A stretch of 43,778 nucleotides of DNA from Bigelowiella natans CCMP2755. Its lineage: Eukaryota; Protista; Cercozoa. The notes beneath the pieces are model-generated. The model saw only the letters and a list, made by a program, of their open reading frames with translations, was not told the origin of the DNA and ran no database searches. The translations under genes and the position numbers were made by a program. Positions 25,283 through 41,844 of this stretch are shown piece after piece. The stretch is from the NCBI GenBank assembly GCA_000320545.1, contig ADNK01002550.1:1-43778 (forward strand), given 5' to 3'. Positions within the stretch are counted from its first letter, which is position 1. Each line of letters opens with the position of its first letter.

Positions 25283-27252
25283 ATGTCTGACATCGTCACT
25301 GCAGCGAGCGAGAATGATCTTCCTCGCCTCAAGCTCTTGCTCGAGCAGAAGGCAGACGTTGAGCAGAAGGATGAAGAATGTGGTAAACTTGGGAGGGAAA
25401 CCATGATGGGAGCTGGGAAAGTCGAGGTGAAGGGAGAGCAGTGGGTGGTGGAGATGCGTTTAATTTGAGGCCAAGCAAGTTGAAATTGTCACGTACATTA
25501 GGTGCAACCCCATTGAGTTTGGCTTCAGGGAATGGTCATATGGAAGCTGTCAAGTTCCTAATTGATGCGAAGGCGAAGCTGGAGGCGAGGGATGATGAAC
25601 ACGGTATCAACAGATGTTGAAGAGCACGTGATGGGAGGGGTGCAAGAAAACAAAAAGAGAAGGCGCGGGGGAGGTGGCGGATGATGTGGAAATGGGTGAT
25701 GGTAGTGATGATTGGGATAACCTTTGGTGCGAAGGTCAAACCCCATTGATTCGGGCTTCAGAGGAAGGTCATGTGGACGTCATCAGGTGTCTGCTTGGCG
25801 CACGCGCGAACTTGGCGGCGAAGGATGATGGATACGGTAGCAACAACATTAGCTATGCAAACCACGGCCACGGAACTGCAATAAGAGAGGAGAGGGACTG
25901 CAAGAGGAGGGCGGGAAAGAGGGCGGTGACATTGGTGGCCAAGGGTGATGGGATGGAAATCGTTGTTTTTTGACTTTAATTCGTCTCCCAGGGCAGACCT
26001 CGTTGACTTGGTCGTCAAAGAATGGCCATGCAGAGGCTGTTAAGTACCTGATTGGTGCAAAGGCGAACCTGGAGGCGAAGGATAATTATGGTAGCATTGG
26101 TTGTTGAAAAGTATACGGGGGGGGGGGGGACTTGTGGGCGGACAGCGAAGCAACCGAAAGAGGGCAGGGAGGAAGAGGGCGATGATAGCAAGGATGTTGG
26201 CTGTGATCTGAAGATGTTCTCTGCTGCGCTGATCTTGTATAAACATGCTTTGTATACATCTTTGGTGAGTCCTACATGCATACGAATACATGCGTCTACA
26301 AGGTGACACGCCGCTGGGATTTGCCTCTAGGACGAGCGTAGAAGCCGTCAAGCACCTGGTTGGTGCGAAGGCTAACCTCGAGTCGAATAACCATAGAGGT
26401 AATTTCAGTTGTTGAGGGGCCGCCGCAAACGCGCACGGAGCTGCATTTGAAGAAGAGGAAGGTTCAGCTAGGGAAGCAAAAAGAAGGAAGATGATGAGGG
26501 CGGTTAGGATGAGGATGGAATGGCCTTGGGTGCACCGTGAAAACATGGACCCAACATTTGCGTTCTCACGTACACTGCCATTGATACTGATTTCACTTTG
26601 ATTCGCCTACTAGGTAACACTCCATTAGCGTTTGCTTCATACCATGGAAATGTGGATGCTGTCAAGTATCTGGTTGAAGCCAAGGCGAACCTGGAGGCGA
26701 AGGATATTGAATTTGGTGGTAACAGTAGTTCGGAATACATATATCATGTTGGGAGGAAAGTGAGAAAACAAGAAGAAGTGACCACTTTGACTCACCTACA
26801 GGTAACACTTCACTGGGTCTAGCTTCCATGTATGGTAAACTGGAAGTCGTCAAGTACCTGGTTGGTGCGAAGGCGAGCCTGGAGGTGAAGAACAATAATG
26901 GTAAGGCCAGTTATATTAGGAAGCGAGCACGGAAATACATTGGGTGGAGAACGAGGCCACCAGAAGGGGAAAGGGAGGAATAGGGTGGAGATGGGCAAAG
27001 GGGCGGCTTGGGAATTTTCACTTCATTTTGCTCAATTGCATACTTATACATACACAGACGCAGACACATAAACACGTGAGATACATAATCCGCATTGTCC
27101 ACTAAAGGGTGTCCGATTCCTTCCGCTGACTGATGCTCCGGCGGTGTTCGTTCTGCGATTGTTGTTTCCACTTTTGACGTCCTCCAGGTCGGACCCCGTT
27201 GGAAAGCGCCTCGGATTATGATCACGATGATGTTGTCAAGTTCCTTTCATGA
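25283..27252 (+). CDS. Ankyrin-repeat-only protein (~255 aa), 8 exons, one repeat per exon: 25283-25382, 25502-25603, 25735-25836, 25992-26090, 26303-26398, 26614-26718 (or 26715), 26802-26900, 27188-27252
   Basis: Spliced translation: MSDIVTAASENDLPRLKLLLEQKADVEQKDEEC-GATPLSLASGNGHMEAVKFLIDAKAKLEARDDEH-GQTPLIRASEEGHVDVIRCLLGARANLAAKDDGY-GQTSLTWSSKNGHAEAVKYLIGAKANLEAKDNY-GDTPLGFASRTSVEAVKHLVGAKANLESNNHR-GNTPLAFASYHGNVDAVKYLVEAKANLEAKDIEFG-GNTSLGLASMYGKLEVVKYLVGAKASLEVKNNN-GRTPLESASDYDHDDVVKFLS*. Matches the ankyrin consensus G-TPL-A---G----V--L---GA; all introns are GT-AG. Confidence 0.93.
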
Positions 27253-27379
27253 GGTACATTAAAGTGGGGAAAAAGATTGGAAACAATCAGCATGAAGAAG
27301 AGAAGGCTCAACTAAAGACAGAATGTGAGTTGCGTGTCGGCCATTGCCCGAGAGGAAGTACAAGGAGTAATTGGTCAAG

Positions 27380-28745
27380 AGAAAACGTAAGGAGAAAGCA
27401 GAGTTTGCGCTAAAATGTGTGCGCGCGATGTTGAACATGCACGGATCTGACAATCATGTATTGCTGGAATACTGGTCGCTTGTGGGAACGCTAGAACGGA
27501 TGCACACACGTCTAGACGTAGCAGTTTGTTGCCTACATATTTCATGCGTGCGCGCGCATGGAGGCTTTGTGCAAGTCAGCTATGCGATCTGGCTAGCTAG
27601 CATGCATGACTTGCTAGCTTGTGTCAGTGGAAACACATGCACATGTGAGCATGTAGGCGGCACCACGAAACAACTCTCCTGTCTCGTCTTGCTAGCTTGG
27701 GTGCATGGACTTTCATGTATGCATGTGCCCGCATTCGTGATCACATGCGCACACAGTCAGCATGTGTCATGGACAACCACAACTAGTGAGGGCGCAAAGT
27801 GCACCAGCGTGCTGCAAAGATTGCATTTAGGTGTGTCAAAATGTGTGCACCACGCACATCCATCGCAACTGAGCCACACTCACATGCACACCAAAATCCA
27901 CACATGCTACCTCTGGCTAGCATGCTTGGCTGCATGCAAACTGGGAGTTTCCCTGCTCGTTGCTAGGTTGGTGCACAGTGGCTCTAGATCTCGCAAGGCA
28001 GGCCTTGCGAGATGCACAAGTGAGGTCACTTGTGCAAGCACATGCTGCACGGGAGCTAAAAAAACATGCTAGCATGTCCAGGTGTCGCAAGCTAGCAAGG
28101 TCCATGCCAGTACCAGAGCACGGGATGTGTCCGTGCGATGCATGCGCCACAGTGCACGCTAGCTAGCCAGCGCTGATGCCACGAGATTTGCATCAAACAT
28201 GACTGTTGAGCTAGACAACTAGACCTCTAGATCTAGAGACAGTGACATGCTAGCATGTGCATCATACCAGCATGCTGGCTAGATGATGTGCAACACTAGC
28301 ATTCATGGCTAGATCTAGAGATGGTGACACATTTCCTGTTGTGATCTGTCTAGCTAAAGCTAGCTAGCTGCTAGCTCTAGAGCTAGCTGTGATCGCTAGA
28401 TCGTCATGCTAGCATTAGTGAAAAATGGCATGATTCATTTGACGCCATGCTAGCTAGCTAGAGCTGGGTAGACGCACATCACCATGTTGCTAATGTCTAA
28501 AAAATAAACATGAACTGGACACAATGCTGTACGCAAGCGCATGCATGCATTACGATGCTAGCTTAGCCAGGCGGTCAATGCATTGTTGGCACCCTGGATA
28601 AATCGAAACTCAGCGAAAGGTTGCATGCAAGTCATTAGCATCGCATAAAAAAACGGATATTGACATTTTTTAACATCCAACGCATCAAAAACATTCAATG
28701 TAAACAGACAAATAGAGTCATCTACACGATAGCATGTCACACAAA
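27380..28745. other. TpA-depleted, CTAG-enriched intergenic island 3
   Basis: 20 CTAG versus 3 other TA in 28211-28461; abundant CATG/TGCA; short palindromes acatgctagcatgt and ctctagatctagag. Confidence 0.92.
27988..28036. repeat. Two abutting perfect inverted repeats (twin hairpins)
   Basis: atctcgcaaggc-ag-gccttgcgagat (27988-28013) followed by (t)gcacaagtga-gg-tcacttgtgc(a) (28014-28035). Confidence 0.85.
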
Positions 28746-28779
28746 ACGCAGTCGCTGTTTGTTCCCAATAGAGAATGAT

Positions 28780-33708
<4,929 letters not shown>

Positions 33709-33849
33709 CTGAGCTCCGTGATCTTACGATAATAAAATGATTTCCAATCAATTAATATTAGACGGATGAAGGATCGTAAAAAGTGTGTGAAACGAAGTTG
33801 AAAAATAAAATCTTCATATTACATTCTCCTGCTCCTTCATATCCTCTAC

Positions 33850-35086
33850 CATCTGCTCAAGCTTCTGCTTCTTCGTCGGCCCAAGCATTGTGGCAAGTAG
33901 CTGTCAATACAAATGAAAAATCGCAGGATTTTCCTTCGGCGAACAAAACAATGGCCGCTCTTTGCTTCTCTCTTTCTCCCTCCCTCGTATTCGAAGGCTC
34001 TTTCCGTCCTGCACCGATATTCGAAGTCGCAAACGCCGCAGATTTATTTAAGAAATGACTCGTTAGTGATTGTCTTTGACTGTGAAATATAGGCCGTTTT
34101 TCCGCGAAGATATCAGCCTTCGTCGATGACTCATGGGTTTTGAGGACAATTCCTTGTCGTAAGCAAACAGAATTTCGTAGAAAATACACAAAAAACCATT
34201 AATTTTGTCAAAGACGACAGAACAATATGCTAGTCGTAAATCGATAACTGTATTAGAGACCATTTTTGGTAGAAAATATGTCGTATTAGTTACTACGACA
34301 AGCACCTTTCTGAATGGTAAATATGCGCATGTCATGAGTGCGATCTTGTCGTCTATTTTCCTCTGAATACCCACGTATTTCTCATATGCGACATCCACTC
34401 AAAGCTGTTTTATTATAAATATCGCTTTTGGATATTATCCCGACGCGAAATAGTCTAATTGCATCTGCCTTTCTGCCCTCCCCCCTCTCATCACCGCACC
34501 CTCCTCGCACACGTGCCCGTCCCCAGCGCCCCGAAATGCGGGCCAGCCCGTACATAGCTCGGTTCTTTCGTCGACCGTTCCATTATATAAAGGTTTAAGA
34601 CGCCAACCTTTTCCTTTCTAGTCTCTGTTTGTTGAAAATCTTCTTCTTGTTGCGACCGGCAATGGCGTTGTTTCAGGAAGTGTACACGGCAGTGGGTACA
34701 AAGGAGCTCGTCCTCATCAACATCTTCGTCTGGTATTGATAAATCTAGCGATCTGTGCAGTCTGCAATGTCTCTCTTTTTTTCTGAATAAGGCCAATAGG
34801 CGGGGGATGCAAATGGCCAGTTAGTTGCAGCAGCAAACCTACCCTCCCGAATGTGCACTTCCGTTTGCGCGAGTTTGCGTGCATGTTCGCGAGAACTGCG
34901 TAGATGCTTAGTATTTCCCTCGACGCATTTGATGAATCCACTATGGCGACGGTTTGCATCAGCGCGGTGTTCTTGCTTCCAAACGCCATTAATCTGGACG
35001 GATACGCTGTCTCAGGTAGGAACAACCCACGCACGCATCGTATGCCTACAACTGAGTTTCACATTAGTTCATGCATAACTGTTCTA

Positions 35087-35168
<82 letters not shown>

Positions 35169-35215
35169 TATATAAAGCTAGGTATATGCAAAATCCATTT
35201 TGTCTTTGAGAGACC

Positions 35216-35312
<97 letters not shown>

Positions 35313-35636
35313 GAAGAAAAAGAGGGAAAGAGAGAGCAGATCCTTTTTTATTTGCTTTATGAAGCAGGTTCTTGATTTCAGTACAACTATATCCACTACC
35401 GCATTTTCTTTTTGCTTATGCCTGATTAATGATCTCCAAAGAAATAAGATGAGAATTGCTGTGTTTTCCTCGCTTACACCGATGCAAACAGCTGCTGTAA
35501 AGGCCGTGGGGACCTCTCCGCCTCTGGAAACACCGCGCGAACAGTCTGTGTTGAAGAGTAGTAGTAGCTCCTCAGCGTCCACTTCAAACACGAATGTAGT
35601 ATACCGAAGCGAGTGCTTTTTCACACACACACACAC

Positions 35637-35691
<55 letters not shown>

Positions 35692-35819
35692 CGTGTGTGC
35701 GTGTGCGTGTGTGTGTGATATGTAATATTTGAAGACGTGTGTGTGTGTGCGTGAGGGTGTTAATATATTTCTCTCTCGCTCGCTCTCTCTCGCTTTCTTT
35801 CTTTCTATGTGAGTTTGTG

Positions 35820-35854
<35 letters not shown>

Positions 35855-36021
35855 TATTATTTAATATTCTTAAAGGCCTCAGGCGTGAATCAAAAGACGA
35901 ATTTGCCTTTAAGTGTTATATCTAATTCCGAGTTTAGCAGGTGTACTACTTGATTTCCGTGAACCACATATTGTCCTAAGTATATAATCTATGTTGTATA
36001 TAATGTACTCATGCTTCCAGC

Positions 36022-36065
<44 letters not shown>

Positions 36066-36433
36066 GAAACAACCCGACTTTTGGCACACAAACCGTGTTT
36101 CCTAACATTGCTGCTAGGGCCGAGGGGGAGGAAAACGTGAAGCTGCACAGTTTATGGAGCACGCACCATACAGGTCCACGCGAACGAGCTCTCCTCGAGG
36201 CGCTAATATCACCGCCGTCCTGCAATAATCGAAATAGCATATTGCATATAATCCTGACGCCGTTGTCTTCGTACCTTCCTTTCTGTCAAAATGCCATAAT
36301 ACACCACCGTTTTGGTCAATAAATGGGGTCATCATCCTCGTAGGTTTCCCTCCCAAAGCACTCAGTATTGAGCAGGCGAGGCTGTGTGATACGAAGCTGC
36401 AGGTGGTGGCGAGTATATAAATCAAATTAAATG

Positions 36434-36474
<41 letters not shown>

Positions 36475-36549
36475 TTTTTATATAATTAATGTTATATGAC
36501 ATGCAATGTATTCAGTATTATCGTTTGCCTTAGCCAAACGTGTGTGTAT

Positions 36550-36594
<45 letters not shown>

Positions 36595-37721
36595 GCTTAG
36601 ATAACACTAAAGAACGGCTTCGGATGTGCCAAAGATCCAACATGCCAGAAGGTATTAGCACCCACAAACGAATCTTGCAGGGTGTATTGTATAGATGGCT
36701 CATTTGCAGCTGACCGCAAGTACCAATACAACATAAAAGCACATCAAAACACACAATGGCCCCACACGTACGCTACGAATCTTGAGAACTTGCGGGGACA
36801 AATGCCTCGTAACCCCAAACCACAAAACTTCGCAAACACGCGCCGCGACTGCCGCCTTACGCTCTCTCACGGCCCTCGCCCCGCAGTGCCAATTTCCTGG
36901 AGAAGTGAAGAAATCAAAGGAGCTGATGCAGATATGGAATTCAGATGCTGAAGTGGAAAGGTGCGGAAAAGCCATCGCCGCATCAGTAGCCTCTTCACGT
37001 GTGTGTTCTTAGAGACCCCATGAATCGCCTGCATTTTAGTCTCAAAATCGTACTCACTCATCCTCTTTGCCTCACCCCATCTTCTCTCTCCTCCCCGCGC
37101 AAAAACAAACACTTCTACAGCCGAAAGGCTGTGTTTGGCCGATTGCACGCGAATCGGTAAGACTCTAGGAGAATGATAGGGCGATAACTTGCAAATGCGT
37201 TTTGTGTTTCTCTTATGCCAAGATGCCGTCTAGCCATTTGCGTGGAGGAGGGCATGAATCTGTTTTTTATGGTCAATTCTCAGGCAGGAGGACGTTATCG
37301 TAATGGGAATTAACAAAGGTCTGTTCTTCGCGTCTTTTTTTTTCTCCTTTAATGGTAGCGCATCGTTGGCGTCGTTTCTTTCGGATCTGTTGTTAGTATG
37401 AAAGCATGTTTTAATGAAAGATAGCAATGCATCGTGATCCGGTGTTATGGGTATGATGATGGGTCGTCACTAAAAACGATGATGATTGTATTTTTGTGTT
37501 TTTAATTTTTTTTTTTTTTTTTTCCCCTCCCCTCTCCGGTCATAACCTGTCTTTTTACCTGTTTGAGTGCGCGTTTACTGACGATAACGGCGCTAATCAG
37601 GAATGCTGCATCTTTGGTTGAATTGGCTGTGCGGGTGTGAAGACATCGGAATAGATGTGAAAAGGTTAGTGTTTGGCAACTTGAATAGAGACCATGGAAC
37701 ATGATAAATGCTGTATATATG

Positions 37722-37755
<34 letters not shown>

Positions 37756-38861
37756 GTATAGTATTATTTTGTTGTAGTCTTAGTTTGTAGACGATAGTGT
37801 TTTTCATATCAAAGAACGATAGAAATTGTTATATTTTGAGATTGAAGTCATCGCCATCCTGCTGTCTTGTCGATCGTCCCCCCCCCCCCCACCCCCCGAA
37901 AAATTATAATTTACAGAAGCACGTTGATGGTTCCAACGGACAAGGAGACCTATGACTTCATAAAGAAGCTGGGTATCTGCTCAGTTTCCCACCTCATCGA
38001 CGACGTGTGCTTCTAATCTCCTCCGAATAATGAGATCTACAATCCCAATCCCCCCCCACCTACAAAAACAAAACTTCCCCTCTTGTCTCCCTTTTTTTGG
38101 CCTGGTGATATAGGTTACTACGCTATCAAACCGAGTTGGACGGAAAAGTTTAATGTTGATCCCGTTTACGATGGAAAAGCGGTGATGCTCGATGTGCGCA
38201 TGTTTTGCCTTGTGTAGTAGTAGTAGTAGTAGTAGTAGTAGCAGTAGTAGTAGCAGGGCCTCGGCCTTGTTATGATCTTGCGTGGAAATCAAGGGTTTCC
38301 CCGCCAAAGAACCATCGTGCGGTTTCCGAGCCGACGATGAAGAAGGCGACTCAGAAGGCGGAGTTAAAAACGCGTGTTGTTCATGCTCGGCGTCTTTTAT
38401 TCATATTTTTCCATGGTTTCGCTGTCGGCGCGACGTTTGCCTTGGCTGACGGTGAAGCTTGCTTCTTTGTTGTGCAGGGGCGGAGGGGTCATCGATGGGT
38501 GAATGATGTTCTGCTCTATACATGCCTTGACCTAGTGGCAAACGGGTAAGGCAATCAATAGCTTAGCAGAGCGTACACTACACGCGCAAGAGCTTTGCCG
38601 GTCTCCGAAGCAGCGACTTCGTTGCGAAAAGCGTTGCGAACAAAGGCTTTTGTGCTGCAGCATGATGTTTGATGTCGCAATCATCGTGTGGCGTGGCTGT
38701 GGAAAGCGGGGGGGGGGGGGGGGGGGGGGGGATTGGAAGGATCTTTATTTTGTATTTGTTTCATGTGCTGATTCGGTTGTGTTTAGTTTGTAGTGTGCAT
38801 CATGAGTTTCATCTCTACACGTTGAAACATATGTTATGTGATATATTTCTCACACACAAGC

Positions 38862-38898
<37 letters not shown>

Positions 38899-40700
38899 TA
38901 CACACACACACACATATATGTTGATTTGCGATGATGATATATAATACGCGTTCAGATTCGATGTAATAGCTCAAGATGTGGATATAGTAAGCATTCTTGC
39001 CAACAACAATTAGCGACGTGCAAGACACGACGCCATGTTTCCACTTCGCTCTAACACACGACTCCGCTCGAGAGCGGTTTTGAGCGAACCGCCGCAAACA
39101 CAAATACCGCTCTAGCGCATCGTGAGCAAGGATGAACTCGAGTTGCGTCGCTGCGAGCTCGAGAGAGTTTTTACTAGAAAAACAGTAGTCCGCCGGTTGG
39201 TTTTTTGAAAGCCGTGGTTGCTTTCGTTGTTCTCTCGGTTTATTGAATTTTCCTTTCCACCGCAGGTTTGGGCGCATGATCCAAGGCCATACCTCCGAGA
39301 GGCCGCCAAAGGCCGTGATGTGAGCAATATCCCTCCCATACACACGATTTCTGTTTCGAGGAGTTGCGTCTATCTCAGCATTAGCTTACACATATTTCTT
39401 GCCCAGGATCATTGATATTTTCGTGTAGTTGTAATTGAAGATTCCACCGTCGTTGTTATTCGCAAGACGCCGGTTTGAGCGTTGTGTCTGATCTGTGCAG
39501 ATACTGACGTCGCTCGCGCCTCGATGGGATGGTATGGGGCCTGCAAATACCGGTAGAACCTGGTGGATCGTTGCGGGGATTGCGGAGACGAGTTGAGTGT
39601 TTTGCTGCAGGTTTTATGTATCTGAAGAGCACGTTTCGGACAAAGATCTTCCTTGAGTGCGTGCCCTCGTTTCGAGCGTGTTAGCGAGAGAGCGCGCTTG
39701 TTTTTTAAGTCGAGTGTCGTTTCCCTCTTCCTCAGGACGGCGATGAACATGTCACCGATAAAGGGCAAGTCTGATCAGGTTTGCCGCACTTGATAGGGGG
39801 GGGTTTGCTTCATTCCCAGGTGTATTTTAGTTGGGGGTGATGAAGGTGCTTGCTCTTGCGTGTGGCGCGTGTGGTTTCGTATTCCCGCAGATGCTGTTAA
39901 ACGTGCTGTTACGACACCAAGTGTTCAGGCAGGTCCACTTTGAAATACTTCCGATAAGGTAGCATTCCTCGTCTGTATCCCCTCGCGCTTTATGCATCTT
40001 AGAGACGGCGGCGACTGCTGAGACATTTGAATTTGCTTGTGTGTTATTGTTTTTGGTATGCGCACTGTGTTTTGTTCCGGCTATGCTTTGACGGGTGGCA
40101 CCAGCCTTTTCACGCTCATGAATAAACGTACGTGAGCCCCTGCGAATGCCCTCCATCCATGTGTGATATGCAGCTTTTTGCGTTTTTTGGGTTGGCTCGG
40201 CAGCGGTGGGATTGATCTTGCGGCGTTTTGATTCTCTGTATGTGTTCATTGACTCGTTGCAGAGAACTGGCCAAAGCATAGAAAGACCGCTTTAGTAATC
40301 GAAGATGCTCGAATTGAGCGCTGAAGTGTATAGTGTTGAGTATTCGCGAGCATCTATCTGCGAACGCGCGCGAAGCATCATCTTCGCATAAAATGTTCAT
40401 TGGTGATTTTCCGCCTCCCTGCAGGTTATCCATGCGGTTTCTATCCGAAAGACGAAACGGTGGGAGAGAGATCGTGTGATTTGTCGAATTTACGCACTTT
40501 CTCATTCATCATCTTGCATTTGATTCCCAGGTTGCGCGCGGACAAGCTCCTGTACTTCAACACTTCATGTGCGTTTGTCTTTTCACCGCCTTGTATGGTT
40601 CATGCCCCCGACTCATCTGCCTGACCGCTGATTTTGTGTAGGCGCACACTACGATGAAAAGCTAGATCCTTGCGTCGATGACACTGAAGGCTGCATTTTG
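33850..40700 (-). CDS. Long multi-exon coding region of unknown function; either a large N-terminal extension of the PKA-like protein or a separate gene; boundaries approximate
   Basis: AG/GT-bounded open segments between microsatellite-filled introns: VDVAYEKYVGIQRKIDDKIALMTCAYLPFRK (~34400-34306), RKEKVGVLNLYIMERSTKEPSYVRAGPHFGALG (~34617-34500), ANSTKDAAFLISAVIVSKRALKQ (~37626-37559), DLIIRRRLEAHVVDE (~38035-37992). No domain recognised. Confidence 0.5.
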
Positions 40701-41363
40701 TAGCGTGAATGGAACATCATTCTAACAGCGGGGCCGAATAATATAGCCGACGTCTGGCCAAACTCTCACTACTTTTGGTGGTTTGCTGCTGATGCCATTG
40801 CGAAGTTGTGTAAAGTCGTTGAATTATGCGCCGCATTTATCTAGTTTATGTTCAAGAATTATAGAATTTGCATGATCAGGGGCGAGAGAGATGAGGGGTA
40901 CTCGCTTGCAGGCTTGTGCGCACACAACACTGCCGCAAGCAGTGACAATGCGGGGAGAGCAGGAGCGGCGTATTGTTGTGTATGCGCGATAATATGATTA
41001 TATCAACTCCCATTTGCCCATGGCGCTCGCTATGCTCCGTGCTAGCGTGGCTATAGGCTATAGAAGCGCAGCAAAGACGAATACGAATACGAAGCAAGCG
41101 CATTGAACCAATTGGCCAATCACCGCGAATAAGGCACCTGAAGTATCTGAACAAAATATAAATACGTAGCTTCATCACTAGGAGAGCATGTTTCCGCATA
41201 CAACCCATGTCAATCATGTGGGGGTGATACTGGGGTTAATAACAACTCCGACTAATATAGTTATAATGAACTCGTGGCCGAAATGATACGATGCAGCATC
41301 CATTGGTGTAGCTGCGACTTATGAGGCTCCGATAACGCAGCGTGTGGCGGTGCGTGTGCTTGT

Positions 41364-41804
41364 TCAGCCTTTGCTATACATTTCTTCCAGGAATCTCTCT
41401 GCTTTTCTCGTCATGCCTTTGGCCATCATCCTCTCGTATCTAAAGGGCAAAAAAGTATATGTTGTGTATCATCATCATTTCGTGGTTTTCGAATGTGTGT
41501 CATCATTAATTTGCGCAATGGCGTGATGCTGTTTTATTGAATGCCATCTCCCACGCACGTCTTAATGTTCGCCGTGTCGTAGCTTCCGTCGCCTTTGAGT
41601 TTTTTCTTTGAATTTGTTTTTACTGAGAGAGCATCGAAGCCGTGCTTTGGCTTCCTGAATCAAAACAAAGCAGAACTCCTTGTGTGCAGTCCAAGCGGAG
41701 TCGAAGAAAGTGTTAATGTATCAGCCACTACCACTTGCGTTTGCTACTCGAAGACAGGCCAGCATTCTTTGGAGCAGGCTTTTGCACTACATTTTTGTAA
41801 TTGT

Positions 41805-41844
<40 letters not shown>

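Noticed and set aside
25203-27252. Possible CRISPR-like array (regularly spaced repeats with unique spacers)
   Set aside because: The repeats are diverged ~100-nt protein-coding ankyrin exons separated by GT-AG introns; the 11-mer array has no spacers; no cas genes.
27371-28072. 233-aa ORF (and similar ORFs 21602-21958, 22305-22712, 27917-28150)
   Set aside because: His/Cys/Ala-rich, Tyr-poor and without motifs. It stays open because TpA depletion removes TAA/TAG stops, so it is a by-product of the island composition.
21590-28745. Explaining the islands by ordinary CpG deamination or fungal RIP
   Set aside because: CpG persists (e.g. cagcgcggcgcgctagcgcg at ~24741) and TpA is lost rather than gained; both processes predict the opposite. 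A contribution from 5mC cannot be excluded.
21590-28745. Islands as LTRs/TIRs of one element carrying the lipase and ankyrin genes
   Set aside because: No extended similarity between the islands visible by eye beyond CTAG runs, and no transposase or RT; a degenerate-alphabet alignment would be needed to exclude it fully.
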